Positions 1 to 9,932 of a stretch of 40,888 nucleotides of DNA are shown here, one piece after another. This DNA is from a virus (lineage: Duplodnaviria > Caudoviricetes), in IMG/VR virus record IMGVR_UViG_3300033475_001489, positions 1-40,888 of that record; one strand, given 5' to 3'. Positions within the stretch are counted from its first letter, which is position 1. Each line of letters opens with the position of its first letter. The notes under the pieces are model-generated. The model was given only the letters and a program-made list of their open reading frames with translations. It did not search any database and had not been told where the DNA came from. The position numbers and the translations under genes were made by a program.

Positions 1-214
1 AATCTTCAACATTTTCGAGTACTTTCATCCTAAATGCTTCTTCACCATATTCATTATAAGCTTGTTGTAGTTTGTAATTTTGGTGATTTCCAGCTTTAAG
101 ATACTTGAAATGACGATTCTTTCGATCAAGAAAGTTTTTGGCACTTCCGATATAGAAGTCTCTTGTAACCATGTTGAGAATTGCATAGACGCCGCCAGAT
201 GTTGGTAAATCCAT
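1..214 (-). CDS. GIY-YIG homing endonuclease, N-terminal part (runs off window)
   Basis: Manual translation from ATG at 214: MDLPTSGGVYAILNMVTRDFYIGSAKNFLDRKNRHFKYLKAGNHQNYKLQQAYNEYGEEAFRMKVLE; GVY..YIGS..R..H..LQ.AY..YG motifs; AGGAG RBS upstream. Confidence 0.88.
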   Translation of the reverse strand, partial: MDLPTSGGVYAILNMVTRDFYIGSAKNFLDRKNRHFKYLKAGNHQNYKLQQAYNEYGEEAFRMKVLENVED

Positions 215-318
215 TTACCACTAACTCCTTACATTAGACCTCGATTGCGGAGGCCGAAGTGGATCAAGGTCATCCCTTTTCGTGATAATTCATGACGTTA
301 TCACTATCGGCCACTTCT

Positions 319-347
319 ATTATATCATATTTAGTTGTTTATGTACA
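319..347 (-). promoter_or_regulatory. TGTACA-N17-TATAAT promoter upstream of the GIY-YIG gene
   Basis: Exact family match, 17-bp spacer. Confidence 0.7.
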
Positions 348-349
348 CA

Positions 350-379
350 TTGTGGGAAAATTCGTAGACTTTTCCACAA
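350..379 (-). terminator. Hairpin downstream of the major capsid gene
   Basis: ttgtgggaaaa...ttttccacaa imperfect inverted repeat. Confidence 0.45.
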
Positions 380-412
380 ACTATTCGTTACAAATTACAG
401 TTTCTTAAGCAA

Positions 413-2170
413 TCAGGCTGTGACTATTCCCGAAAGTATACCTTGGCCTCCCAAATACTGGCAGACCATTGTTTCTGAACTGTACGCGCCATACATCCAC
501 TGAGTCGGGTGACTCTGGTCGGGGGGGTATTCTAATGCCCACATTTCCCTATTGGTACTAATGCGAAGAGGGGGCTTGTCAATTTCTGCAACTTGGAAAG
601 GAAGTGTCAAGCTAACAGCAATCATTGTTCCCTGCATCAAGTAAGGCACCATGATAATATCAACAAGACGACCAGTTGTTTGATTGATCCACTTCGTCGC
701 ACGGCCACCGCCAACCATATCTGACAGAGCTGCCTGATTTGGCGTAACGTTAACACGATAGTTTGTACTTGTTGTGATAATGTTTGTCAGTGCTTTGTGA
801 TCTTTTACGCTGACGAGAATTGCTTCAGGATTTGCACGAGAGTTGAGATACATTGCCTCGAGCCATCCGTCAATATCACTCTTTGAAAGCGCACCAGTAG
901 GATCAGCAACTCGACGTACAGCAGCAGTTTCACCACCAACACCGACTGTAGAAAGAGTACCAGCATTTTGATAGATTAAGCTCTGAATACCGTCGAATAC
1001 GAGAGGCTGATTTGCAGGAGTACCAGTGTTACCAGAAGTGAATGACATTGCGGTGTTACCTGCAGTTACAACAGAGCTATATGCAGTACCGCTAGATGTC
1101 AAAGCAGTCATGGTTACATTAAAGTACCCAGTCGCGAGACCACCTGGATCATTGAGAAAACTTTGTCCACCGAAGTTTGCAACCGCCTGTCTGAATAGAG
1201 CAGAGTTTGCAGGCTGAGAAGCTCCAGATCCAACATACACGTTGTAGCTTGCTGCATTCGGTACACGCATGATGTTGAATGAGATTGTGCTCGTTGTACC
1301 TGTTGTTGTAACTGATGTTGCAACAGGAGTAGAACCACCGTATGCTAACGTCTCACCCTGAGCATTTACGGCAGTTACAACGATCCAGTATGTTGCAGCA
1401 GTTGCAATAGTACCACCAGTACCAGAAGTTGTTGGTGTATTTGCAGGAGCAGGAGCCCAAAGGTACTGAGAGCCATTCAGATACCAAACTTCTTGGCCGA
1501 GCATCAGACTAGGAGCAAGTTTTGCAGCAACCTTAGCACGAACATCAGGCTCGAACATTCGACCATAGAGTTCAGATTCGATCGTCACAACATCACTAAA
1601 TGCAATCTGCTTCAGAACGTTGCTTTTATTTGCCCATGTGTATGATGCTTTTTGAGGAGCAGTCTGCTGAGCAAGAATAAACGATCCAACAGAAGGACCA
1701 ACGCCGCCGAATACATCAGTGATTGCACGCCAGTTTTCAATATCGATACCAACACTCGGCGTACGAGGAAGCATATTGCGGAATGGAGTGTCGTAAGGAA
1801 CAACGAATTTCGCAAGGGGCTCCAGGTAGTAACCAGTCCAGTCAGCATTACTGCCGAGATACTGTTGATCACGATTTTGACTACCTTGAACGATCTGATT
1901 GATCGTATCTTCATTCAACCTCTGATGAACGTACTGTTTCGGAAGATTGAGATTTCGCACCTGACGAACAAATTTATCAGAGAATTCATCGCCATCATCA
2001 TATGCAGAACCGCCGCGTGCCCTTGCCATAACAAGTGCTTGACGAGCAAGAATATCACCTTCAGTATAAAGACTATTATCGATAACGCCAGCAATTTGAG
2101 TAGTATCACCAGTTTCTTTCTGAGCATTTGCTGGCAATTGATTTTTAATAATTGATTCTGTTACAGCCAT
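413..2170 (-). CDS. Major capsid protein (HK97-like) with an inserted Ig/FN3-like segment
   Basis: Directly downstream of the protease; P.DTPFRN.LPR motif, FDGI motif, T/G-rich beta insert (YWIVVTAVNAQGET...YNVYVG). Confidence 0.8.
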   Translation of the reverse strand: MAVTESIIKNQLPANAQKETGDTTQIAGVIDNSLYTEGDILARQALVMARARGGSAYDDGDEFSDKFVRQVRNLNLPKQYVHQRLNEDTINQIVQGSQNRDQQYLGSNADWTGYYLEPLAKFVVPYDTPFRNMLPRTPSVGIDIENWRAITDVFGGVGPSVGSFILAQQTAPQKASYTWANKSNVLKQIAFSDVVTIESELYGRMFEPDVRAKVAAKLAPSLMLGQEVWYLNGSQYLWAPAPANTPTTSGTGGTIATAATYWIVVTAVNAQGETLAYGGSTPVATSVTTTGTTSTISFNIMRVPNAASYNVYVGSGASQPANSALFRQAVANFGGQSFLNDPGGLATGYFNVTMTALTSSGTAYSSVVTAGNTAMSFTSGNTGTPANQPLVFDGIQSLIYQNAGTLSTVGVGGETAAVRRVADPTGALSKSDIDGWLEAMYLNSRANPEAILVSVKDHKALTNIITTSTNYRVNVTPNQAALSDMVGGGRATKWINQTTGRLVDIIMVPYLMQGTMIAVSLTLPFQVAEIDKPPLRISTNREMWALEYPPDQSHPTQWMYGAYSSETMVCQYLGGQGILSGIVTA

Positions 2171-2181
2171 TTTATTTTAAT

Positions 2182-3819
2182 TTATCTCCTATTGCGCTGT
2201 GCCGCCAGGCCTGCTGCCATTGCTTGAACTTGTCGATCAGGAGTATTTAGCTCTCCACTCCTTGACAAATTTGCAATCGCATCATAAACAGCGCCGTAAT
2301 TTTCATAAGTTTGTTGTTGTTGAACAGGAGGATCAGTAGGTAACGATTTATTTATTACAGATGCATTCATCACTGGCCCACCAGGCATAGGAGTTTCTGC
2401 AATCTTTACGACTTGATCTTTTACAGTAGCTAATTCAGCCTGCACTTTATCTAAGCTCGCTTGTGATGGCAAATTTTCCAACTTGGTGTCAAGTGCTTCG
2501 AGTGCCCTAGTAATAGAAGAAGTAATCACTTGATCGATATTGGATGTATTTGTTTTTGCTAGTGTTCCTGCAATATTTTGGAGACGCGCGTAGACAGGAG
2601 TGAGCATTCTCTCAACCATTCCAGTAAGAACACGCTCGTTAACAGCAGTAGCATCGAGCTTTGATGCATCATTATCTGTATCAAGAAGGCCTCCGAGATC
2701 TACATCTCCATCATCGTCAGGGTCTATTATATGAGATACGGCATTACAAGTATCACAACCGCAATTATTCATTTGAGCAACAGCAGCTTTGAGTGTATGC
2801 CCTATCGATGTATGCATTTTGCTCTGTGTATCATTAGATACTCTCGCACCAGCACGTTGTAGCTCTTCTGTTTTATCAGCTTCCACATCAATTTCCACAT
2901 CAATAATATCAGTAACAAAGCCATCAGCGCGTACAAGTGAAATGTTACATCCAGGAGTAGCGGGATTATCCACGTAAGAAGTTTCTGCAACCGAATAACG
3001 TGGGAGGTATGGATACAGTTTGCCTTCATATTCTTTTTTAGGCCATTTCTTGATATCATTTCCGAACTCTGGATCTGGCATAATCGAAGCGCTATATCCT
3101 GTCAATACACCATCTTCAATTTTGAGCCATGTATCCTGAGCACCTCTTGATACTTTAGAAGTAACGTAGATAGCTCGTTCTTCCGGTTCAGGGATAACTT
3201 CAATGGCTTTACCAACAGCTTTTTTTGGATCATGTTGTTCACGCATGTTTCCACGCCATTTGAGCCATGCTTCTGGATAGTAACCGAAAATTGTCCCATA
3301 AGCATCTGGTTTTTCTACTGTCGCTTGACCTGTAACAATTCGATCTCGATTATTAATACGAGTGATTGGAAGATATACACTAAAACTATCAGGCGTAAAG
3401 CCTTCAGTTACGGTCCTATCAACAGCAATAGGAGTATTATCGGCATCATCGTTAACAACATCAGATTGATTAACTTCTGCTGACCTGTTATGTGATTCGT
3501 GAACATGATCATGAGCGCTATCGTCAGAATGCTCATGAGAATGATTATGAACAGTACCATCCACGTGTTCGTGTGAGTGTACATGTGTTCCATCAAATTG
3601 CGGATGATCATCCTGATTAGATGTCGTATCTTGAACTTCAGTTTTATTCGCTTCAGCATCAACAGCTCTTGTCATTGTTTTCTCATTTTCTTCCATAGCA
3701 GGAATTTCTGGCTCCTTTCTTGTTGTAATCTCGTCTATTTGTAATTTAAGTTTCTCTTGTAGATTATTCGCATTATAGAGTCGAATTGCTGTAACAATAG
3801 CATCTTCATCCATTAGCAT
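2182..3819 (-). CDS. Prohead protease/scaffold fusion (HK97/XkdF-like protease domain)
   Basis: MREQH..KAVGK, W.KI..G.LTGYS, ETSYVDNPA motifs; C-terminal coiled coil; lies between portal and capsid. Confidence 0.82.
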   Translation of the reverse strand: MLMDEDAIVTAIRLYNANNLQEKLKLQIDEITTRKEPEIPAMEENEKTMTRAVDAEANKTEVQDTTSNQDDHPQFDGTHVHSHEHVDGTVHNHSHEHSDDSAHDHVHESHNRSAEVNQSDVVNDDADNTPIAVDRTVTEGFTPDSFSVYLPITRINNRDRIVTGQATVEKPDAYGTIFGYYPEAWLKWRGNMREQHDPKKAVGKAIEVIPEPEERAIYVTSKVSRGAQDTWLKIEDGVLTGYSASIMPDPEFGNDIKKWPKKEYEGKLYPYLPRYSVAETSYVDNPATPGCNISLVRADGFVTDIIDVEIDVEADKTEELQRAGARVSNDTQSKMHTSIGHTLKAAVAQMNNCGCDTCNAVSHIIDPDDDGDVDLGGLLDTDNDASKLDATAVNERVLTGMVERMLTPVYARLQNIAGTLAKTNTSNIDQVITSSITRALEALDTKLENLPSQASLDKVQAELATVKDQVVKIAETPMPGGPVMNASVINKSLPTDPPVQQQQTYENYGAVYDAIANLSRSGELNTPDRQVQAMAAGLAAQRNRR

Positions 3820-6800
3820 TTCTCTGACTTTCTATCTCGCTTACTTGAACTAATCGGAAGATGCTTTTTACTTCATCTACCGTCGTACTTCTAGAAAGAG
3901 CAATAGTTATTTCTTTGTGTATCATTTCAGGAATAAGAGTTGTCGTAAAACCTCTTTGCGGCCTTCCTGATTTCACATCATCTATTGCTCGTTGCCGCCA
4001 GCGACGATAGTCTTCTGATGATGCATTTGTCTGATTGGTGAATTTATTCTCTGTTCTGCCGTCAGATTTGTCACTAGCTCTTTCAATTTCTTTGGGTTGT
4101 TTAACACTTTCGCTATTTGTTTCTTCTGTGCTTTCTTTTTCTGTTTGTTCATCGAGAATTTGAAGTAATTCTCTAATTGTGTCTCTTTGATCGTTTCTGT
4201 AATATGCACTGATTTCATCGAATATTTCATTTTCTAGTACTCTTTGTAAAGAAATTTGTTGTTCGAGTTTTGTTACTAAGTGCTCAAGAGAAGAAGCTCT
4301 CCCGCTGCTTATTCCTTTTTGATTTTGTAGTTCGTTAAGTGATTTTGACACATTATCTAGAAGTTCTACTGCATTTGATTCATCCTGATGTGCATTAATA
4401 ACATCCATAACTTGTTTCAAATCACTCGAAATAGTTTGCGATTCTTGTGACTCTTTTGCTGTCCATGTTTTAGATATTTTTCTTCCTGAGAGTGCGTTAT
4501 AAAGAGAAGCTTTATTTCCGATAGTTTTTGAGATTGCTTGAACTGCTTTTGCAGCCGCTGCAGCTGCCTGTGCTGTTTTCATTTCAGATTTTGATTGTGC
4601 AGTGTTTGTTTTAGCAGCATTTACCGCAGCAATTTGCGATTTTCTCTGTAATGTGGCATTCATTCTTGCTGTTTTTGCAGAAGCAGCTGCTGACATTTTC
4701 TGTAAATGTGCAGCTTGTGATTGCGCTTTTGCTCTTGCTTTTGCAGTCGCTGCAGCTGCCTTAGCTTTTGCTTTTGCTTCAGCAAGTTCTTTCTTCTTTT
4801 CGTCTGCAATTTTCTTAGCCTCTGCTTTAGCTTTATCAGCTTTAGCCTTAGCCTTTGCTTTAGCTTTTGCAGCCTTTTCTTTTGTTTCTTCTTTCTCTTT
4901 GGCTGCTTCTTCTTTTGTTTTTTCTGCTTTGGCTTTCACCTCTGCTTTGACTTTATCTGCAGTAGCTTTTTCTTGTGCTTTTTGTGTATCTGTTTTAATA
5001 TGCTGTTGGTCTGTAGCAATATCTTTTGTGAGTCGTTTTTCTAGTGTCGTTTGTTTCTTTGCATCTTTTGCTGTTGCAGGTTTCTCTGCTTGAGCAGCTT
5101 TCAGTGCAGCCTGATCTTTCGTTAACTTATTCTGCGCATTTGTTAGTGCCTTTGATGTAGACGCAGGAGAGCTCTTAGTTGCTGGAATAGGACTCTTTGC
5201 TACTTTTGCTGCCATTGCTTTTTGAAGTTTTGGTGTTTTATCATGATCTGCACCGTATGCTGGATGCGTCCAGTTACCATGCACTTTTTGATCATGATGC
5301 CCATGTCGATCAAGTGTATCGAGTTCTTCACCGAATTCATTAACGACATATCGCTCTAACGGGCTATATGGATGTTCTAAGTCTTGCTCTAAAAGTTTGA
5401 GAATTTCTTTCTCTTGAGCGATATCTTCTTCTGTGAGAGCGTCATAATCTATCTCGTTACCAAATTGATCATATTGTTTATACTTTTGAATCTCCGCTTC
5501 GATAGCAGCAATATCATCCACGTTTCCATTGTCTGTTTCATCATCATCTTCATCATCTGTATCATCTTCATCCTGATCTTCTTCTTCGTCATCAATTTCA
5601 TCTCCAGCTTCACCAGCTTCTACATCTGCATCATCTTCTGCGGGATCTTCTGGGTCTTCAAATTCAGCTTCTGTTTCTTCATTTTCATCTACTTCTTCGA
5701 TATCATCTTTGGGATCTTCTTGGTTATCGTCAGCAACAGCTCTATTAATGCTATCTTGAATATTCGCATTCGAATTAGATCCAGTTTTGCTCGCATTTGT
5801 ACTTGTTGTCGGCTGACTTTCTTTGTTTTGTGGACTCTGTTGATTTTGCTGAGTTTGTTGTGACTGCGATTGATTATTTTCGCCTTGAGTTTTAGCTTGA
5901 ATAGGCGGTACACCAGGAGCAGTCGGAGGCTTGGGTATTGCTCCAGGAACTGCACCAACAGTTTTACCAGGTTGACCTGGTGTTGTTGTACTTTGCTCAG
6001 TTTGTTGCTGATACGTTGCCATTTTCGCTTGCAGTTGTGCTTGGCGTACTTTTTCTGTTGCGATATCATCCAGGAATATTGGTCCGTCTTTTGTCATAAC
6101 GACACGACCAATATATGGCGCATTAGGATCATCTGGAAGTTTTAGTAATTTACTTGCATTTGAAATTCCTAAGAGACCTGCATTTGTCAGTTTCGTGTAC
6201 GCATCAGCAAGTTCTGAAACATCTTCTTCTTCGTCATATCCTGTGAACACGGCTCTGAACATTTCACCGTGTAGTTCTTCAGGGAAATCTTCATTAATAA
6301 TGCCAGTCAAGATTTGAGAATAAATAACCGCAAGAGGATCTATCGTTCTTCTGTAGACAACATTTTGCTGACTATCTCCAGATGATTTATGAATGTTTTC
6401 TGTGAACGATAGGTCCTGCATAGAAAGCCCGTAGACCGAGACAGCAATATTGATAATGAATTTGTCAAAATCAGGTGACAAATCATATTGATCATATTTT
6501 TGATATTTCATTCCTGGCTGTGTGAATTTTATCTTTACCTGCTGACTCGCATTGCCAGATATAAGAGAGTTCCATTGTTGTTCGTATGCATCAATTTGAT
6601 CTGGTGTCCATGTTGATGACTCAGGAACTTCCATCATTCCCTGCGGAATATTGCCCTCAGTGAAGTGACTCAAATCTTTCTTTTGTTTTCTTAGTGCCTG
6701 ATTTACGAGGAGAAGAATTCGTTCTACTCGACTTTGACCATACGGATTGTCAGCAGCAGGAGATTCTTGATAATGAATAAGTTCATCTGATTTGAACCAT

Positions 6801-7510
6801 GCTCCTGGGATTCCCCATGGATATTGCTGATATGCATAATTCGGCGGCTGAGGTATTCTTCCCCAGTCATCTAATAGAGGCTTAAACTGATCACCTGAAT
6901 GAATCTCTAAACTATAGAGTTCACCATTTCTCTTCTTGCGTTTATAAATGTACAGTTCGTCGATCTGCGTCTGCTCTCTTAATGCCATTCTTAACCATGA
7001 GTGCAGATCATGCATTTTATCAGGAGATTCAAACCAACCCATAAAATAAGCGATTTCGGTCTGGTAATCTTTTTCATTTGCTCCTGCAGTGATATATTCA
7101 GGCTTTAATTCTATTTTGAACTGCATTCTAGGAACCATGTCCAACCATGCGCGTTCGCAAAGAGTAATTCCATTGTACATTTTAGCAAGCTGACGTAACT
7201 GCTGAAAACTAGGGATATCTGGGTTGTTCGAAGTTCTGTCAACAGGAAATGTATTGACAGCGACAGGAAAGCGCCATTGGACAGGATATCCACCAGAATT
7301 TACGCCCGGTTGATTCTGCAGAGGAATTCCAGGAGAGAAAAGTGCCTCTTGACCGGTGGGAACATTTGCAGTCTGACTCCCATAAAAAGTCTGTCCTAGT
7401 ATTCCTTGCTGTTGTTGTGCAGGTACATAGAGCAGACCATTATTTAACATTGTAGGACCTGCTCTATGTATTGTAGCTATATTCGATTTTTTACGATTTC
7501 TTTTGTTCAA
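3806..7510 (-). CDS. Portal protein with a long low-complexity C-terminal extension
   Basis: N-terminal ~490 aa carry portal motifs (YG.S.VE, FTEGNIPQG, WTPDQI, I...YG.S..DLSF); then Q/P-rich, acidic and K/A-rich tracts. Confidence 0.85.
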   Translation of the reverse strand: MNKRNRKKSNIATIHRAGPTMLNNGLLYVPAQQQQGILGQTFYGSQTANVPTGQEALFSPGIPLQNQPGVNSGGYPVQWRFPVAVNTFPVDRTSNNPDIPSFQQLRQLAKMYNGITLCERAWLDMVPRMQFKIELKPEYITAGANEKDYQTEIAYFMGWFESPDKMHDLHSWLRMALREQTQIDELYIYKRKKRNGELYSLEIHSGDQFKPLLDDWGRIPQPPNYAYQQYPWGIPGAWFKSDELIHYQESPAADNPYGQSRVERILLLVNQALRKQKKDLSHFTEGNIPQGMMEVPESSTWTPDQIDAYEQQWNSLISGNASQQVKIKFTQPGMKYQKYDQYDLSPDFDKFIINIAVSVYGLSMQDLSFTENIHKSSGDSQQNVVYRRTIDPLAVIYSQILTGIINEDFPEELHGEMFRAVFTGYDEEEDVSELADAYTKLTNAGLLGISNASKLLKLPDDPNAPYIGRVVMTKDGPIFLDDIATEKVRQAQLQAKMATYQQQTEQSTTTPGQPGKTVGAVPGAIPKPPTAPGVPPIQAKTQGENNQSQSQQTQQNQQSPQNKESQPTTSTNASKTGSNSNANIQDSINRAVADDNQEDPKDDIEEVDENEETEAEFEDPEDPAEDDADVEAGEAGDEIDDEEEDQDEDDTDDEDDDETDNGNVDDIAAIEAEIQKYKQYDQFGNEIDYDALTEEDIAQEKEILKLLEQDLEHPYSPLERYVVNEFGEELDTLDRHGHHDQKVHGNWTHPAYGADHDKTPKLQKAMAAKVAKSPIPATKSSPASTSKALTNAQNKLTKDQAALKAAQAEKPATAKDAKKQTTLEKRLTKDIATDQQHIKTDTQKAQEKATADKVKAEVKAKAEKTKEEAAKEKEETKEKAAKAKAKAKAKADKAKAEAKKIADEKKKELAEAKAKAKAAAATAKARAKAQSQAAHLQKMSAAASAKTARMNATLQRKSQIAAVNAAKTNTAQSKSEMKTAQAAAAAAKAVQAISKTIGNKASLYNALSGRKISKTWTAKESQESQTISSDLKQVMDVINAHQDESNAVELLDNVSKSLNELQNQKGISSGRASSLEHLVTKLEQQISLQRVLENEIFDEISAYYRNDQRDTIRELLQILDEQTEKESTEETNSESVKQPKEIERASDKSDGRTENKFTNQTNASSEDYRRWRQRAIDDVKSGRPQRGFTTTLIPEMIHKEITIALSRSTTVDEVKSIFRLVQVSEIESQRNANG

Positions 7511-7993
7511 CTAATTGTCCATATTTGTAGTTTCAGCTAAAATTTCTCTGCATTGCATTACTAGATCATAATTTTTTTGAATAAAATCAGTTTGAACGAC
7601 TAATTCTTGGATAATTCGTTCTATTTTTTCGTAGTTACTTTTATTCACTACGTGATCAGCTTCTGCGATTAATTCAGCGTGTTTCTGAGTGATATTTTGA
7701 CCGACCTGAATTACTGGTCCGCCAATAAGCTGAATTAAATTTCCTAAAAAGAGCAAAAACACAAACGGATATGGATCAAATGCTGATTTTGTGATAAATC
7801 CTTGCCATAACATCCATCCTGAAATGAATGCAATCAAGAAGTATACAAACCACATTGAGCCATATAAAGATGTGAGTGCCACAGCAATGGCATCATTAAA
7901 TGACGAAGTCTTTGCTCTGACTTTGTTCACATTAACGATAGGGCCATACTGTTCTTGTTCTTTCTTCAGGGCTTTAATATGTTGTTTTACCAT
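7511..7993 (-). CDS. DUF1003-family membrane protein
   Basis: GSMWFV...FDPYPF.FL......Q....P.I..GQN signature, two hydrophobic helices. Confidence 0.8.
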   Translation of the reverse strand: MVKQHIKALKKEQEQYGPIVNVNKVRAKTSSFNDAIAVALTSLYGSMWFVYFLIAFISGWMLWQGFITKSAFDPYPFVFLLFLGNLIQLIGGPVIQVGQNITQKHAELIAEADHVVNKSNYEKIERIIQELVVQTDFIQKNYDLVMQCREILAETTNMDN

Positions 7994-9540
7994 GGCATCA
8001 CCGGTTTACTTTCTTGCCTGATCTCCTGTCTGCTCGCCGCTAATGCAACTCGTCTTTTCAGGGCTTTAATATGCTCTTCTGGGCTTATTTCAGAACCGGC
8101 AATTGTGTCGCATGCCATTGAACAATTGTCTACTTGGTCGTCATGCTGCGCATTCGGGAAAAGCATTAATTCCTCTTCCCATTCTGGTAACCATATCTCA
8201 TTAAGAGGATGGTATACTTTGCCAGATTCGTAATAGACAGACGCAGTAGAAGCCCGACTTACTTTGTCTTTTACTGGCTTAAATTCTGTTACTGGAAAGC
8301 CTTGCTTCCGCAGTTGTTGAATCAGTGCAAGTTGATACGCTACATTTTCGACCTTAATAAAATTCGGCATGTGCTTTCTATAGATAAGAGAAATTTGTTT
8401 TTGCTGTTCAGGATTATCTAATCGTTCTCTTAATCTATCGACAAGCAATAGGTCATTTTCAGGTGTTACCGCCCACACACAAATGACCGTATAGTCTGCC
8501 GTTTGTTTCTGACTAATCGCAAGATCTACGGTAATAAAATGCCAACAATCAGAAATAAGGATTCGTTTTATCTCATCTGGTAGAATGAGCTCATAATACT
8601 TTAACTTTGTTGTAAAATATCTGAACCATCGCTTCTGGAATTGACCACCTTCTGCTGGCATCGGACGTTGCTGATACTGCCCTGCAAAGCCAACAGATCC
8701 TAACATCTTTTTTAAAGAATTTAGCGATGTTTTCGGTAATCTCTCTGGCCAGAGTAGTTCACCTTCTTCTTTGCGCGGATCTGACCAGCCGATGCTCGTA
8801 AAGCATTTCGTTTCTGGTTCAAATTCAGCAGGAAGTTTCAGATGAACATAATTACCCTGATCTAAAATATGACCACTGAGATCTGCCTGATGAACTCTCT
8901 GCATCACGATGACTCTAGCACCAGTTTTAGGATTATTGAGACGAGAACTCATCGTTTGATCCCACCAATCAAGTGTTCCTTGTCGAATTATCTCTGACTC
9001 AGCGTCGTTAACATTATGTGGATCATCACAAACAATTCGATCTCCACCTTCACCAGTGGCGGCGGAACCAACAGATACAGCAAGTCGATAACCACTTTTA
9101 TCATTTTCGAACCTTGATTTTAAATTTTGATCTTTTGCTAATTGAAAAATATGACCCCAATTACCCTTATACCAATCTGATTCGATTAATCTTCTACATT
9201 TGATACTATCGCGAATTGCCAGTGAAAGTGCGTAACTTGAAAACATCCATCGAGTATATGGTTTCTCGATCCACTCCCACATTGGCCAAAATACAGAAAC
9301 GCAAAGACTCTTCATCGCTCTAGGCGGCATATTAATGAGTAAATTACTGATTTGATTGTTAGAAACTGCTTGAAGATGCTCGCAAATTGCATCAATATGC
9401 CAATTATGTATATACGGAGTTGATGGTTCTGTAACATGCCAGGCTTGCTTCACAAACGAGCACAATGACCGTTCAGCACGAATCATTCTCTCTAATCTGA
9501 TGTCCTCTATATTCAGAAGTTGCTCATATTGTGTCGGCAT
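7987..9540 (-). CDS. terL: Terminase large subunit
   Basis: Walker A LLINMPPRAMKS, Walker B IVCDDP, MQR motif, YQQRP, nuclease VDLA...ADYT...HDDQVD; start at ATG 9540 preferred over TTG 9585. Confidence 0.95.
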   Translation of the reverse strand: MPTQYEQLLNIEDIRLERMIRAERSLCSFVKQAWHVTEPSTPYIHNWHIDAICEHLQAVSNNQISNLLINMPPRAMKSLCVSVFWPMWEWIEKPYTRWMFSSYALSLAIRDSIKCRRLIESDWYKGNWGHIFQLAKDQNLKSRFENDKSGYRLAVSVGSAATGEGGDRIVCDDPHNVNDAESEIIRQGTLDWWDQTMSSRLNNPKTGARVIVMQRVHQADLSGHILDQGNYVHLKLPAEFEPETKCFTSIGWSDPRKEEGELLWPERLPKTSLNSLKKMLGSVGFAGQYQQRPMPAEGGQFQKRWFRYFTTKLKYYELILPDEIKRILISDCWHFITVDLAISQKQTADYTVICVWAVTPENDLLLVDRLRERLDNPEQQKQISLIYRKHMPNFIKVENVAYQLALIQQLRKQGFPVTEFKPVKDKVSRASTASVYYESGKVYHPLNEIWLPEWEEELMLFPNAQHDDQVDNCSMACDTIAGSEISPEEHIKALKRRVALAASRQEIRQESKPVMPW

Positions 9541-9706
9541 CTTTGTGCAGTCGTTTCTTGTTCGCCTTCTTTGCGAGTATTTCAAGAATTTCTAATTCTT
9601 CATCAGAGAGTAACATTAACTCTTTATTTCTTTTTCTTTCTTGATGTATATAACTTTGATCCGTTTTATCTAGCCGATACACGTTTTCAATATTATTTTT
9701 ATCCAT
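9524..9706 (-). CDS. Small protein resembling a TerS C-terminal helix
   Basis: Overlaps terL start; LLSDEELEIL resembles LLSEQEVDIL of 13152..13769. Confidence 0.5.
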   Translation of the reverse strand: MDKNNIENVYRLDKTDQSYIHQERKRNKELMLLSDEELEILEILAKKANKKRLHKDADTI

Positions 9707-9932
9707 TTTTTAATATCTCATAAAACTAATGTTATTTTCTGATATTTAAGACCTTTTGTTTATTGAATTGTAACATAAAAATAGTGGAAATATGTTGATT
9801 TTGATACGAATAATAAGCTATGTTAAGATGGTCATAGTATTCGTTATAGTTCTCTATGTGACACAATGTGATAAAGTATACACAGTAAGAAACACTTCTT
9901 GGGTCTATAAAGTATGGAAGTAGTTATTGTCA

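Noticed and set aside
4602-6145. Plus-strand ORFs 4602..5093, 4721..5044, 5414..5863, 5870..6145
   Set aside because: Antisense shadows of the low-complexity portal extension (F/A/S/I-rich), no RBS.
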